Shown: positions 10,780-21,492 of the stretch, piece by piece
How positions within the stretch are numbered: position 1 is the first letter of the stretch
Layout: the number at the start of each line of letters is the position of its first letter
DNA from: an uncultured Spirochaetota bacterium
GTDB lineage: Bacteria; Spirochaetota; Spirochaetia; SZUA-6; Fen-1364
Assembly: GCA_963781885.1 (NCBI GenBank)
Contig: CAWAHW010000002.1
Location: 896,001-960,000, forward strand
Reading direction: 5' to 3'
Length of the DNA stretch: 64,000 nucleotides
Position numbers and translations under genes: made by a program
The notes under the pieces: generated by a model
Seen by the model: only the letters and a program-made list of their open reading frames with translations
Database searches by the model: none
Told to the model about the DNA's origin: nothing

Positions 10780-12693
10780 ATGGGAAAGATCATCGGCATA
10801 GACCTGGGAACCACCAATTCGTGCGTCGCCATCATGGAAGGCGGCCAGCCCGTTGTGATCCCCAACTCCGAAGGACAGCGTACCACTCCCTCCATCGTCG
10901 CGTTTACGGACAAGGGCGAGCGCCTGGTGGGTCAGCCGGCCAAGAACCAGATGATCACGAATCCCGACAGCACCGTCTACTCCATCAAACGCTTCATGGG
11001 CAGACGATTCGACGAGGTGAAGGAGGAGATCGACAGGGTCCCCTTCACGGTGAGCGAATCGGGCAATGACGTGCGCGTCCAGATTCGCGACTCGCTCTAT
11101 TCCCCGCCGGAGATTTCCGCGGCAATCCTCCAGAAGATGCGCAAGACCGCGGAGGACTATCTCGGGGAGCCGGTCACGGACGCGGTCGTCACGGTGCCGG
11201 CCTACTTCAACGACGCGCAGCGGCAGGCGACAAAGGACGCGGGCAGAATCGCCGGGCTGGACGTGAAGCGCATCGTGAACGAGCCCACGGCGGCGGCTCT
11301 GGCCTACGGCCTGGACCGCGGCGGCCGCGAGGAGACCATTGCCGTCTATGACCTGGGCGGCGGCACGTTCGACATCTCCATCCTCGAGCTGGGCGACGGC
11401 GTCTTCGAGGTGAAGTCCACCAATGGCGACACGCACCTGGGCGGCGACGATTTTGACCAGCGCATCATCGAATGGCTCGTCGGCGGTTTCAAGAAGGAAA
11501 CGGGCATCGACCTGATGCGGGACCGGATGGCGCTCCAGAGGCTCAAGGAGGCCGCGGAGAAGGCCAAGATAGAGCTTTCCAGCACGCAGACCACCACGAT
11601 CAATCTCCCGTTCATCACGGCCGACCAGACGGGTCCGCGCCACCTCACGCAGACACTCACGCGTGCCCGGCTCGAGCAGCTCCTGGACGATCTCTTTGAG
11701 AAGACGCGCGGTCCCTGTCTCCAGGCGCTGCGCGATGCGTCGCTGAAGGCGGAGGCTATCGATCACGTGATCCTCGTCGGGGGCTCCACGCGCATTCCCG
11801 CCGTCCAGGCGATCGTGAAGGAGATCTTCGGCAAGGAAGGAAGCAAGGGAGTCAACCCCGACGAAGTGGTGGCTGTCGGCGCCTCCATCCAGGGCGGCAT
11901 CCTGGGCGGCGAGGTCAAGGACGTTCTCCTGCTCGACGTCACACCACTGTCGCTGGGCATTGAGACTCTGGGCGGCGTGTCCACCCGGTTGATCGACCGC
12001 AATACCACCATCCCCACGCGAAAGGCGCAGACTTTTTCCACCGCGTCCGACAGCCAGACCGCGGTTTCCATCCACGTCCTGCAGGGCGAGCGCGAGATGG
12101 CAAGCCAGAACCGGACCCTCGGCAGGTTCGATCTCGTCGGCATCCCCCCCGCCCCCCGCGGCGTCCCGCAGATCGAGGTTGCATTCGATATCGACGCCAA
12201 CGGCATTGTCCACGTCTCCGCCAAGGACCTGGGCACGGGCAAGGAGCAGAAGATACGCATCGAAAGCTCGTCCGGCCTCTCGGAGGACGAGATCAAGCGC
12301 ATGGTGAAAGAGGCGGAGTCGCACGCCGCGGAGGACCGCCGGGAGCGGGAGCGGGCGGAGATGCGCAACGCCGCGGATTCGCTTCTCTACGCGACGGAAA
12401 AGTCCCTTCGCGACCTCGGGGAAAAGGCGCGGTCGTCGGACAAGGAAGCCATTGAGAGCGCGGCGGCGGAGCTTCGCGCGGCACTGCAATCGGAGGACCC
12501 GGGCCTCATCAAGGGCCGCATGGATGCGCTGCAGCGCGCGGCGTACGTGTTGGCCGAAGAGGTGTACAAAGAGCCGCAGGCAGCGGCGACCCCCGACAAC
12601 GGCGCGACCGGTGGCGCGGAGAAGCAGAAGCGCCGCGCCCGCAAGGACGGCAGCGACCGCGGCGATGACGTCGACTACGAGGTGGTCGAGTAA
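10780..12693 (+). CDS. dnaK: Chaperone DnaK
   Basis: [32 protein letters not shown]. Confidence 0.99.
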   Translation: MGKIIGIDLGTTNSCVAIMEGGQPVVIPNSEGQRTTPSIVAFTDKGERLVGQPAKNQMITNPDSTVYSIKRFMGRRFDEVKEEIDRVPFTVSESGNDVRVQIRDSLYSPPEISAAILQKMRKTAEDYLGEPVTDAVVTVPAYFNDAQRQATKDAGRIAGLDVKRIVNEPTAAALAYGLDRGGREETIAVYDLGGGTFDISILELGDGVFEVKSTNGDTHLGGDDFDQRIIEWLVGGFKKETGIDLMRDRMALQRLKEAAEKAKIELSSTQTTTINLPFITADQTGPRHLTQTLTRARLEQLLDDLFEKTRGPCLQALRDASLKAEAIDHVILVGGSTRIPAVQAIVKEIFGKEGSKGVNPDEVVAVGASIQGGILGGEVKDVLLLDVTPLSLGIETLGGVSTRLIDRNTTIPTRKAQTFSTASDSQTAVSIHVLQGEREMASQNRTLGRFDLVGIPPAPRGVPQIEVAFDIDANGIVHVSAKDLGTGKEQKIRIESSSGLSEDEIKRMVKEAESHAAEDRRERERAEMRNAADSLLYATEKSLRDLGEKARSSDKEAIESAAAELRAALQSEDPGLIKGRMDALQRAAYVLAEEVYKEPQAAATPDNGATGGAEKQKRRARKDGSDRGDDVDYEVVE

Positions 12694-12696
12694 TCG

Positions 12697-13833
12697 ATGG
12701 CAAAAAGAGACTTTTACGAGGTGCTCGGCGTCCAGAAGGGCGCCTCCCGCGAAGAGATCAAGAAGGCCTACCGGCAGCTCGCCATCAAGCATCATCCGGA
12801 CCGCAACCCGGACAGCAAGGACGCGGAGGAGAAGTTCAAGGAGGCCACGGAGGCCTACGAGATACTCGCCGACGACCACAAAAGGCAGGCATACGACCAG
12901 TACGGCATGGCGGGGCTCAAGGGCATGGGCCAGCCCAGCGCCCAGGATTTCTCCTCCATCTTCCAGGGGTTCGAAGACATATTCGGCGACGTGAGCGGCA
13001 TCTTCGATTCCTTCTTCGGCGGCGGCGGGCAGCGGCGGCGCTCGGGCGGCCGGGGCAACGGGCAGCGCGGTTCCGACCTGCGCTACGACATGGAAATCAG
13101 CTTCCTGGAGGCCGCATTCGGCGTCAAGAAAGAGGTCACCTATGCCCGCGCGGAGCGCTGCGACGCGTGCAAGGGCACTGGTGCGGACAAGGACAGCGGC
13201 CGCAAGCTGTGTCCCACCTGCGGCGGCTCCGGCCAGGTGCGGCGGAACTCGGGCTTTTTTTCCATCGCCTCGACCTGTCCGAGCTGCAACGGGGAAGGGG
13301 AGATCATCGAGCGGCCGTGCTCCGAATGCCGGGGCGTCGGCACGCTGCGAAGGTCGCGCACCATCACGATCACCATCCCCGCCGGCATCGAAGACGGGAA
13401 GCGCTTGAGCCTTGCGGGGCAGGGGGACGCGGGATCAAACGGCAGCCACGACGGGGACCTGTACGTGTTCCTGAAGGTGCAGCCGCACGAATGCTTCGAG
13501 CGTGACGGCAAGGACATCTACTGTGCCATCCCCATCTCCATCACGCAGGCCGCACTCGGGGCCGATATCCAGATCCCGACGCTGGACGACAAGACGGTGA
13601 AGATCAGCGTTCCCGCCGGCACGCAGAACGGCCGCATCCTGCGGCTCCGCGGTGAGGGGATACCGGAGCTGCATTCCACGAGCCGTCGCGGCGACATGTA
13701 CGTCAAGATCATTGTGCGCGTGCCGACGAAGCTCAGCGGAAAGATGCGGGAGCTGCTAAAAGAGCTTGCGGCGGCAAATGGTGAAGACGCCACGCCGCGT
13801 CCCATTCCCCTTTCAGAGCTGAAACAGCAGTAG
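12697..13833 (+). CDS. dnaJ: Chaperone DnaJ
   Basis: J domain HPD, G/F region, four CxxCxGxG repeats. Confidence 0.99.
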   Translation: MAKRDFYEVLGVQKGASREEIKKAYRQLAIKHHPDRNPDSKDAEEKFKEATEAYEILADDHKRQAYDQYGMAGLKGMGQPSAQDFSSIFQGFEDIFGDVSGIFDSFFGGGGQRRRSGGRGNGQRGSDLRYDMEISFLEAAFGVKKEVTYARAERCDACKGTGADKDSGRKLCPTCGGSGQVRRNSGFFSIASTCPSCNGEGEIIERPCSECRGVGTLRRSRTITITIPAGIEDGKRLSLAGQGDAGSNGSHDGDLYVFLKVQPHECFERDGKDIYCAIPISITQAALGADIQIPTLDDKTVKISVPAGTQNGRILRLRGEGIPELHSTSRRGDMYVKIIVRVPTKLSGKMRELLKELAAANGEDATPRPIPLSELKQQ

Positions 13834-13899
13834 CGGCGCCTGCCGCAAGCGCCACGGCAGCGCAGGGCAGCGCACCGTTGCGGCCGGCGTGATTCGTCC

Positions 13900-13928
13900 T
13901 TGACCCGGCGGAAGCGCGGCCATACAAT
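13900..13928 (+). promoter_or_regulatory. Putative sigma70 promoter
   Basis: TTGACC-17-TACAAT before the histidine kinase gene. Confidence 0.55.
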
Positions 13929-13940
13929 CCGTTTCAGAAT

Positions 13941-15332
13941 GTGCAGATCAAAATGTCGGTGATGCCGTGGATCGCCGGCGCGGCGACCCTGAAGGCCGGT
14001 ATCTGCTTTCTTCTCGCCGCCCAGGTGCTCCTGGTGATCGTCCGCGTGCGTGCAGACTTCATCCGTATCGAGCACCTGCTGCTCTGCTTCTTCTGCGCTG
14101 CCCTTGCGGCGGCCGTCATCATGCGGCCGGCGGGCTTCCCCCGTCCAATCGTGCTCGTCCTTGTCGATTGGGCAGCAGCGGGCTTTCTATTGCGGGCGCG
14201 GCGCATGCACGGGCTGGCATTGTGGTCAGGGGCAAGCGCGGCGGTCATCGGGCTCTTCCTGCTCACCGGTGTCATGGGCTTTGGCAAGACGCTGCCCTTC
14301 CTTCTTCTGAGCGCCTTTGCCCTCCTGTCCCTGTCCGCCGTGCCGCTCGCGCTTCTTTTGCGCATCCATCGGGAAAGAAGGACCCCGGAGGCACTGGTGG
14401 CTTTTCTGGCGGGAGCCTTGTGGCTCGCGGCGGGCGCGGCGGACACCTGCCTGCGCGCAGCCGGCAGCGCACCGCTTTTCCTTTCATCCGTGGCGGTGCT
14501 CGCAATGACGTGCTGCACGGGCTGGCTTATCTTCCAGCAAGGCTACCCGCTGCAACCCGGCTGGGACGGGGCCCTTCCCGCCGTGTTGCCGCATGATATC
14601 GCCGGTGCCCTCTCCGCGCGTCTCCTTGCAAGCGAGACCGCGCTTTCAGTCCAGAACAGGCTCATCGGGTCGGGCATACTCGCGGCAGGTGCGGCGCACG
14701 AGTTCAAGAACACACTGTCTCACGTGAGCGCTGCCGCGCAACACGGCTTGACGCTTCCCGATGCAGAGGGCAAGGACGAAAGCCTGCGCCTCATCATCGA
14801 TCACATTCGGGCGGGCCGCGACTCCGCCGTGGAAGTGCTGGAAAGGATCGCCGCCTCGGGCGACGAGGCGCCGCGCGTCATCGACGCGGCCCGCGACATG
14901 GCGCGGCTCATCCGCATGTGCCAGGCCGCCTTCCGCCCGCTTTCGGTTGCAATAGAATCCGCGCTCGATCCCGGTGTCCTGTTCCGCGCCCGCCGCTCGG
15001 ACGTGGAGCTGGTGCTCCTCAACCTGCTGCGCAATGCCGCTGATGCCGGCCGGGATCCACCCCATGGCGGGCTTTCCCGCATCACTGTGCGCGCCCAGGT
15101 CCAAAATGATGCGGCGGTGATCGAGGTGAGCGACGACGCGGGCGGCATTCCGGAAGAGCACCTCCACCGTCTCTTCCGACCCGGCGTCTCCCAGACAGGC
15201 GGCACCGGAGTGGGGCTGTATCTTTCCCGCAATCTCGTGCAAGCAAATGGCGGAACGATGGAATACCGGCCGATTGAGGGCGGCAGCATGTTCCGTCTTG
15301 TGTTTCCGGCGGCGTCGAACGGCGAGCAGTGA
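13941..15332 (+). CDS. Membrane-bound sensor histidine kinase
   Basis: Multi-TM N-terminus; H box AAHEFKNTL, N box NLLRNA, G boxes DDAGGI and GTGVGL; start uncertain. Confidence 0.85.
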   Translation: MQIKMSVMPWIAGAATLKAGICFLLAAQVLLVIVRVRADFIRIEHLLLCFFCAALAAAVIMRPAGFPRPIVLVLVDWAAAGFLLRARRMHGLALWSGASAAVIGLFLLTGVMGFGKTLPFLLLSAFALLSLSAVPLALLLRIHRERRTPEALVAFLAGALWLAAGAADTCLRAAGSAPLFLSSVAVLAMTCCTGWLIFQQGYPLQPGWDGALPAVLPHDIAGALSARLLASETALSVQNRLIGSGILAAGAAHEFKNTLSHVSAAAQHGLTLPDAEGKDESLRLIIDHIRAGRDSAVEVLERIAASGDEAPRVIDAARDMARLIRMCQAAFRPLSVAIESALDPGVLFRARRSDVELVLLNLLRNAADAGRDPPHGGLSRITVRAQVQNDAAVIEVSDDAGGIPEEHLHRLFRPGVSQTGGTGVGLYLSRNLVQANGGTMEYRPIEGGSMFRLVFPAASNGEQ

Positions 15333-15355
15333 CCCTGGTCCAATGGCATCGAAGT

Positions 15356-15397
15356 AAAAAAATGGGGCTGTCCTCGAATAGCTCCTGGGACAGCCCC
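15356..15397 (-). terminator. Intrinsic terminator
   Basis: GGGGCTGTCC...GGACAGCCCC inverted repeat with A7 on the left (U tract on minus strand), downstream of the lipoprotein gene. Confidence 0.75.
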
Positions 15398-15428
15398 TTC
15401 CTGATTTAATGCCGGTGGAATCTCTAGT

Positions 15429-16031
15429 CTAGTACATTCCTACCGCGGCCCCTTCATAGTCGTAGTAATCAATGTATGCGTCAATAGTCTTGTTGTCCAT
15501 GCCGCTCAGGCTGATATTGGAGGTCCAGCCATTGTTATAAAAGTCTGCGGTTCTGCGGCCCGAGTAGTCTTGGTTGCTCTGATAAAACTCCGCAGGGTCC
15601 CAGACGCCTGTTTCATCCGTATCCAACCAAACCCTGACCGTGTAATTCCCGTCCGCCACCGCCGGGAATGTGACAGTGACGGGATATCGCCCTGCCAGGT
15701 AGTGATAGTAGATATCGGTGTAAGTGTAGTCCGGCTGGTATCCCGTGGTCTTGCCGGCGTACTGCTCCTTGTGAGCAACGACCGTATGGTTGCTGTTGTC
15801 GATCAGATCGATATCAACCTTACTGTATCCATCGGAGCCCCAAGGATACGACACGTAGTTAGGATCGGTCCAGAGATACGCTTGGACGTTCAGGGTGCTG
15901 TTGTTCGTCACCGTCGTTCCATGTCCAGTCTCGTTGGGGAATAGGTTCTCGAGTATCTGATTGCAGCCTGCAAGAACGAACATTGCAGCCAGCGCCAGTA
16001 CGAGAATGGGTAGTATTTTCTTGATCTTCAT
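15429..16031 (-). CDS. Lipoprotein of unknown function
   Basis: MKIKK + hydrophobic stretch + lipobox LAGC; Tyr/Thr/Asn-rich beta-type body; RBS GGAGG; lower GC. Confidence 0.85.
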   Translation of the reverse strand: MKIKKILPILVLALAAMFVLAGCNQILENLFPNETGHGTTVTNNSTLNVQAYLWTDPNYVSYPWGSDGYSKVDIDLIDNSNHTVVAHKEQYAGKTTGYQPDYTYTDIYYHYLAGRYPVTVTFPAVADGNYTVRVWLDTDETGVWDPAEFYQSNQDYSGRRTADFYNNGWTSNISLSGMDNKTIDAYIDYYDYEGAAVGMY

Positions 16032-16043
16032 TTCCTGCCTCCC

Positions 16044-16619
16044 TTAGAAGTAGAAGGTCAAATAAATGGCCGGAACCAGACCGCCGGTGAGATCACTCAG
16101 GGCCTTGGTTCTTGTACTGGAGGAGAACAGACCCCCAATCGTCGAAGTCAGGAGCTCAAAGGAGCTGAACGCAGAGGTTCCTGACACGCCAACTCCCCAC
16201 CAGCCAAAGTTCAGGCCTCCGGAAAGTCTAAGGTTGGCGCCCCAGCTTCCATTGCTGGGCCCTTCGCCGTTGTAGAAGTAGACGTAGTTGGTGCCAATTT
16301 CGGCCGCGAGCTCAAAAGGTCTAAGCTTGAATCTTAGCCCCGCGTCAAAATAGTTGATGAATCCGGGGACATACCAGCCCGTCAGGCTATTCATGGTAGC
16401 TGAGTTTATCGCCAGCGAGTCCCAGCTTCCCGTGAGAATAAACCAGTCGTACGCTGCATGAAATCCGAGAATGGAGTCAGTGCTTGAAGCTTGATTCTGC
16501 AGGAATGACGTAGATGTCCACGACATGCCCAGCTCGAGCTGCGACGGCCTGGCAAATGCCGAGGGAACCGCCAGCGCCAGAAGCAGGACTACTGCCAAAG
16601 GCACCAAAATCTTCTTCAT
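16044..16619 (-). CDS. Putative small outer-membrane beta-barrel protein
   Basis: RBS AGGAGG then MKKILVPL signal peptide; amphipathic strands; C-terminal YLTFYF. Confidence 0.75.
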   Translation of the reverse strand: MKKILVPLAVVLLLALAVPSAFARPSQLELGMSWTSTSFLQNQASSTDSILGFHAAYDWFILTGSWDSLAINSATMNSLTGWYVPGFINYFDAGLRFKLRPFELAAEIGTNYVYFYNGEGPSNGSWGANLRLSGGLNFGWWGVGVSGTSAFSSFELLTSTIGGLFSSSTRTKALSDLTGGLVPAIYLTFYF

Positions 16620-16671
16620 GAAATTGCCTCCTACGCTCCCCTGACCGGGGAGGATTAGTGTGCTTGTCAAT

Positions 16672-16680
16672 ATTATAACA
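16672..16680 (-). promoter_or_regulatory. Extended -10 promoter
   Basis: Minus strand TGTTATAAT (TGn + TATAAT) about 50 bp upstream of the 16619 start. Confidence 0.55.
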
Positions 16681-16767
16681 CCCAGCGTCTCCAAAACCAA
16701 CACCACCCTGCATCCGCGCAATCTTTGCCTTGATACGCCCGCGCCCCCGCTGATACTATGAGGCTGG

Positions 16768-17853
16768 ATGGGCCTCACGATTCTCGCCATCAACCCTGGC
16801 TCGACCTCCACGAAGTGCGCGATCTACAGGGACGCGGAAGAAGCATGGAAAAAGGGGGTTTCGCACGCACCGGAGGACCTGGGGCGCTTCCGGCGCCTCC
16901 AGGAGCAGCTTGCATACCGTACGGCCGCCGTGCGCAGCGGCCTGCAAGAGTCTGGCATACCCCTGTCAGAGATATCAGCCATTGTTGGAAGGGGGGGCCT
17001 CCTCAAGCCCCTGGAAGGCGGCGTCTACGAGGTCAATGACCGCATGAAGGCCGATCTTGTCGCCTGCAGGTACGGGATCCACGCATCCAATCTCGGTGCT
17101 CTCATCGCTGATTCGCTCGCATCGGAGCTTGGGGTCCGGGCATTCATCGTCGACCCGGTCGTGGTGGACGAGCTTGCCGACGTTTCGCGCTTTTCCGGTA
17201 TTCCCGAGATTCCTCGGCGGTCGATTTTTCATGCCCTCAACCAGAAGGCCGCGGCCAAGAGGGCTGCGCGATCCCTTGGCAAGCCGTATGCCGACTGCAC
17301 GCTGGTGGTCGCGCATCTCGGCGGCGGCAGCTCCATCGGCCTGCACCTGCGGGGCCGGGTCGTCGACGTGAACAATGCGCTGGATGGGGATGGGCCGTTC
17401 TCCATCGAGCGCGCGGGCACGGTTCCCGCGGGGGACTGGATGCGGTGGGTCCTCTCGCACCAGCACGACCCCGAGGCCCTTCAGCTCAAGCTCACGGGCA
17501 GAGGGGGATTGGTGGGGTACCTGGGGACCAACGATTTCCCGTCAATCGAATGCTCCGCGGAGGGAAAAGGCCCGCTGGACGCGGCGCGCTCGGACCAGCT
17601 CATCCATGCCCTGTGCTACCAGGTGTCAAAGGCGATAGCAGGGCTCGCCGCCTTTACCAACGGGGCCGTGGACGCTGTCGTGCTCACCGGCGGCCTTGCC
17701 TTTTCGCGCCGCGTGGTCCGGGAGATCACGGAGCGCGTCTCATTTCTCGCTCCGGTGCTTGTCTTTGCCGGCGAGAACGAGCTGGAGGCGCTCGTCATGG
17801 GGGTGCGGGAGGTGCTCCTGGGAGAAACCGATGTCCGAACGTATGAGGGGTGA
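16768..17853 (+). CDS. buk: Butyrate kinase
   Basis: ILAINPGSTSTK, GRGGLLKP, HASNLG, FHALNQKA, DVNNALDGDGPFSIERAG. Confidence 0.95.
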   Translation: MGLTILAINPGSTSTKCAIYRDAEEAWKKGVSHAPEDLGRFRRLQEQLAYRTAAVRSGLQESGIPLSEISAIVGRGGLLKPLEGGVYEVNDRMKADLVACRYGIHASNLGALIADSLASELGVRAFIVDPVVVDELADVSRFSGIPEIPRRSIFHALNQKAAAKRAARSLGKPYADCTLVVAHLGGGSSIGLHLRGRVVDVNNALDGDGPFSIERAGTVPAGDWMRWVLSHQHDPEALQLKLTGRGGLVGYLGTNDFPSIECSAEGKGPLDAARSDQLIHALCYQVSKAIAGLAAFTNGAVDAVVLTGGLAFSRRVVREITERVSFLAPVLVFAGENELEALVMGVREVLLGETDVRTYEG

Positions 17854-17857
17854 GGAA

Positions 17858-18283
17858 ATGACAAGTGGAATGCCACGGCAGGCCCGGCGCACAAAGGTCG
17901 TGGACGGGAGGATGCAGTATCGCATCATCGCCGTGCTCCTGGCGACCATCGTCGGTGGGCTGCTTCTCTTTGGCGTCGTGGTCGGGCTGATTGCCTTGTG
18001 GGCGCGCGGCACCGGGCAGGGCCCTCTGGGACCGGAGCTCCGCCGCATCCTTCCCGCGCTCCTGGTGAACGACCTTCTCATCATGATCCTCCTCATCATC
18101 GTGGGCATCGTCATGACGCACAGGATCGCGGGGCCGGCGTTCCGCATGGAGGCAGACATCGACCGCGCGCTGGCGGGCGAGCGCGGCGTCCGCGTCCGTC
18201 TGCGCCGGGGCGATGCGCACGCGGATCTCGCGGAAAAGGTCAACCAGCTCCTTGAGCGTATCGACGACGCGCACCAGGGCTGA
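17858..18283 (+). CDS. Small two-TM membrane protein with HAMP-like C-terminus
   Basis: Two TM helices then THRIAGP...VRLRRGD...LAEKVNQLL; start chosen after GAGG. Confidence 0.7.
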   Translation: MTSGMPRQARRTKVVDGRMQYRIIAVLLATIVGGLLLFGVVVGLIALWARGTGQGPLGPELRRILPALLVNDLLIMILLIIVGIVMTHRIAGPAFRMEADIDRALAGERGVRVRLRRGDAHADLAEKVNQLLERIDDAHQG

Positions 18284-19315
18284 TCAGCCCCTCCATCCCT
18301 ACACGCGGAAATACCTCGGCTCCAAGCGGCAGCTCAAGGACTGGCTGGCGCAGACCATGATCGCGCGCGCGGGTCTGCCGCGCTCGTTCCTGGACGGCTT
18401 CTGCGGCACTGGCGCGGTGGGTATTGCAATGGCCGGACGCGGCGTACCGCGCGTGGTGGCCGTGGACAGCCTGCGGTCCAACTGCGCCATCCTGCGCGGC
18501 TTCACGCGGGAGAGCCCCCGGATCGGGGAGCTGATGCGCGCGCTCAATGAGCTTCCCCCGCGGTCGGGGTATATCACCCGCGGCTTTGCCGGCACCTACT
18601 TCACGGAATCCAACTGCGCGCGCATGGACGCGGTGAGGGAGGGCATCGCCGAGCATGGCCGCGCGCGGGGAGATCACCGAGGTCGAGCACGACATCCTCC
18701 TTGCGAGCTTTCTTCTTGCCGCGGACAGGGTTGCCAACACGCTCGGGCAATACGACGCATTCATGAAAAACATCGCCGGCAGCAGCATGGTCGACGGGCG
18801 GCATGTCGTGGACGAGCGCGTCCAGACGGCCTTTGCCCTGCGTCCGCTGGATCCGCTGCCCGGTGGGGTTGAGGTCATCGAAGAGGACATGCTTTCCGCC
18901 GCGGCGCACATCGAGGCGGATGTCGCCTATCTGGATCCGCCGTACAATCACCGGCAGTACTGCGACAATTACCACGTGCTGGAGAATCTGGCCCGCTGGG
19001 AGAAGCCGCCCCTTTCCGGCAAGACGCGGAAGTTCGACCGCACGGGGCTGAAGAGCCCGTTCTCAAGGCGCGGCAAGGCTGCCGAGGCGCTGCGGGTGCT
19101 GGTGGCGCGGGTACGCGCTCCGCACATATTCCTCTCCTACAGCTCGGAGGGCATCCTGCAGCGGACGGAGATCGAGGCCATTCTCTCGGCACGCGGCGAC
19201 GCTCTGGTGCTCTGAAATTCCCTACCCCGTCTTCGGCAACGGAGCCGGGGTGTCTGCCCGGCGCACGGTCACCGAGCTCCTCTTCCATCTTTCCGTGAAA
19301 GGCGCGGCCTCATGA
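18252..19315 (+). CDS. DNA adenine methyltransferase, D12/Dam-FokI-like family (two apparent +1 frameshifts near 18655 and 19212)
   Basis: KYLGSK, DGFCGTG (motif I), YLDPPYNHRQY (motif IV), FLSYSSEG; reconstructed stop overlaps next ATG; start uncertain. Confidence 0.8.
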
Positions 19316-20170
19316 GAAGGGCCAAGAGGGAGCTGGTCGACGCCGATGGAAAGTCGCGCGGCTACTATTCCGAGGACAACGCGGTCAATGACCTTACGGG
19401 TCGCGAGTGGGTCTTCTGGACGCGCTCGGTCATCACGAAGCCGTATCCGCCAAACATGCAGCACAAGCTGCGCAGCGAGCACGGCGGCCAGAAGCCGCCC
19501 GAGCTCTGCGCGGACCTCCTGCGCGTCTTCACGAAAAAGGGGCAGACGGTGCTCGATCCTTTCATGGGCGTGGGCGGCGTGCTTGCTCGGTGCGAGCCTG
19601 GCAGGATGCGGCGCGGTCGGCGTGGAGATCAATCCCCGGTGGATCGAGATTTACGGGGAGGTCTGCGCGAAGGAAGCCCTCGCACCCCAGCAGGTCATCC
19701 AGGCCGACGCGCGCGTGGCCCTGCGGGAAATGGCGGGCCAGTCATTCGACTGCATCCTCACCGACGTCCCGTACTGGACGATGGATACCGCCTCGCGCTC
19801 GCGCGGCACGTACAAGAAGGTGGGCCAGGAGGCCCGGCCCGTACGCGCGAGCAAGCTGTCGTCATTCGGGACCCCCTATGGCAGCAAGGCCGAATGGTTG
19901 GAGGCGATGGCGGAGGTCTTCACGCTCGCCGCGGGCATGCTGCGCATGCGTGGGTACCTGCTCACATTCATCGGCGACATGTACCGGGACAACTGTTACC
20001 ACTGCCTCTCCGCCGACCTTGCAGGGGCGCTGTCGGCCATTCCCGGTCTTGTCTGGAAGGCAAACCTCGTCTGGTACGACGTGTCGAAGAAGCTGCACCT
20101 CTACGGCTACCAGTACTCCTACATCCCTTCGCTGATCCACCAGAACATACTCGTGTTCCGCAAGGAATGA
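19312..20170 (+). CDS. Amino-methyltransferase, probable N4/N6 DNA methylase (apparent +1 frameshift near 19582)
   Basis: HGGQKPPEL, VLDPFMGVGG, GVEIN, LTDVPYW, HQNILVFRK. Confidence 0.75.
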
Positions 20171-20241
20171 CGGCGCGCGGCAGCCTCCAGCGGCGCCAAT
20201 GCCGCGAACTGAACTTTATGGACCCGCCTGTCGATGGAAGG

Positions 20242-20658
20242 ATGATGACCATCCGCCATATGCTCACCGTCGCCGTCGCGGCGTTCGTCCTCAGTCTGTC
20301 CGTCGGCGCCCAGACGGCCCCGCTGGTGCCGGCAACGCCATCAGTGGACACCAAGGGCCCGCCGAACGGCGTGGTCGAGCTGGACCGCAACGGGGACGGG
20401 CAAATCGACTATCGGGTCATCTACGATCAGGCGGGAGTCGTTGCGCGGGAAGAGATGGACTTCAACTTCGACGGCAAAATGGATACATTCTATTATTACA
20501 AAAGCGGGGTGCTCCAAAGGGTCGAGATCGATTCGAAGAACACCGGCAAGATAGATATCTGGGTCTACCTGCTCGATGGGAAGTACGTCCAGCGCTACGA
20601 GCGGGATACCGACGGGGACGGGAAGCCGGACCTCGTGCGCACATTCAACGGGGGTTGA
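20242..20658 (+). CDS. Exported protein with DxDxDG-type repeats
   Basis: Signal peptide; DRNGDGQID, DFNFDGKMD, DSKNTGKID, DTDGDGKPD. Confidence 0.75.
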   Translation: MMTIRHMLTVAVAAFVLSLSVGAQTAPLVPATPSVDTKGPPNGVVELDRNGDGQIDYRVIYDQAGVVAREEMDFNFDGKMDTFYYYKSGVLQRVEIDSKNTGKIDIWVYLLDGKYVQRYERDTDGDGKPDLVRTFNGG

Positions 20659-20661
20659 TCG

Positions 20662-21405
20662 TTGCCCGAGCATGTTTTCGGCTTTCATTCCATAGAGGAG
20701 GCGCTGCAGAAGAGCGCCGGCACCTCCACGCTCCTTCTTTCCCGGGAGAGCCCGCGTATCGGCCAGATACGCCAGCTCGCGGAGAAAAAAGGCGTGCCGA
20801 TCTCCGAGGTGGAGGACGGCGAGCTCACGCGGCTCTGCGGATCGGAGGCGCACCGCGGCGCGCTGCTCGTCATCGAAAGGCCCTCCGCGTCCCAGAAATC
20901 CAGCCTCAAGCATCTGTTGCGCGGCGTGGAGGGGGAGACGGCTCTCGTGCTCGTGCTGGACGGCATCACCGACCCGCAGAATCTCGGCGCGATCCTCAGG
21001 TCCGCCGACCAGTTCCGCGTCGACATCGTGGTGATCCCTTCGCGCCGTTCCGCGCAGGAGAACCAGACCGTGAGCAAGGTGTCCTCCGGCGCCAGCGAGT
21101 ACATCCCGCTGGCGGTCGTGCCGAACATCGCCGCGGCCCTTGAGATGCTGAAGGAGAGCGGCTTCTGGATTTTCGGCGCCGATGCGGAAGGCGAGCTCAC
21201 CGACGGCCTGGACCTGAAGGGGAAGGTGTGCATCGTCATGGGCAGCGAGGGGGCAGGGCTGCACCGACTCGTGCGTGAAAAATGCGATTTCCTCGTGAGC
21301 ATTCCCGCGGCGGGTCACGTGGACTCTTTCAACGTTTCGGTGGCAGCCGGGATCCTTCTCTTCGAAGCGCGCCGCCAGCAGGGTTTTCCGCACATCAACG
21401 CATAA
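20662..21405 (+). CDS. rlmB: 23S rRNA (Gm2251) 2'-O-methyltransferase, SPOUT family
   Basis: FGFHSIEEAL, LDGITDPQNLGAILRSA, MGSEGAGL, SFNVSVAAGILLFE. Confidence 0.92.
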   Translation: MPEHVFGFHSIEEALQKSAGTSTLLLSRESPRIGQIRQLAEKKGVPISEVEDGELTRLCGSEAHRGALLVIERPSASQKSSLKHLLRGVEGETALVLVLDGITDPQNLGAILRSADQFRVDIVVIPSRRSAQENQTVSKVSSGASEYIPLAVVPNIAAALEMLKESGFWIFGADAEGELTDGLDLKGKVCIVMGSEGAGLHRLVREKCDFLVSIPAAGHVDSFNVSVAAGILLFEARRQQGFPHINA

Positions 21406-21422
21406 TTTTTTTCCCAAAGTAC

Positions 21423-21468
21423 TGGACAGTTGCACGATACCGTGCTACATTAAAACCGACCGGTCGGT
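21423..21468 (+). promoter_or_regulatory. Promoter with perfect 14-bp palindromic operator (likely TetR autoregulation)
   Basis: TGGACA-17-TACATT followed by ACCGACCGGTCGGT (21455-21468) over the predicted start site. Confidence 0.7.
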
Positions 21469-21492
21469 CTGTTTTCGCTGGAGAGAGGAAAA

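Noticed and set aside
10633-12879. 748-aa antisense ORF over dnaK, and similar long antisense ORFs over the TPR, SDR, gldG and glyQS genes
   Set aside because: Shadow ORFs expected from high-GC codon bias; sense genes have clear family motifs
19312-20658. 448-aa ORF appearing to fuse a methylase to a DxDxDG protein
   Set aside because: Artefact of the frameshift near 19582; the methylase ends at 20170 and the exported protein has its own signal peptide
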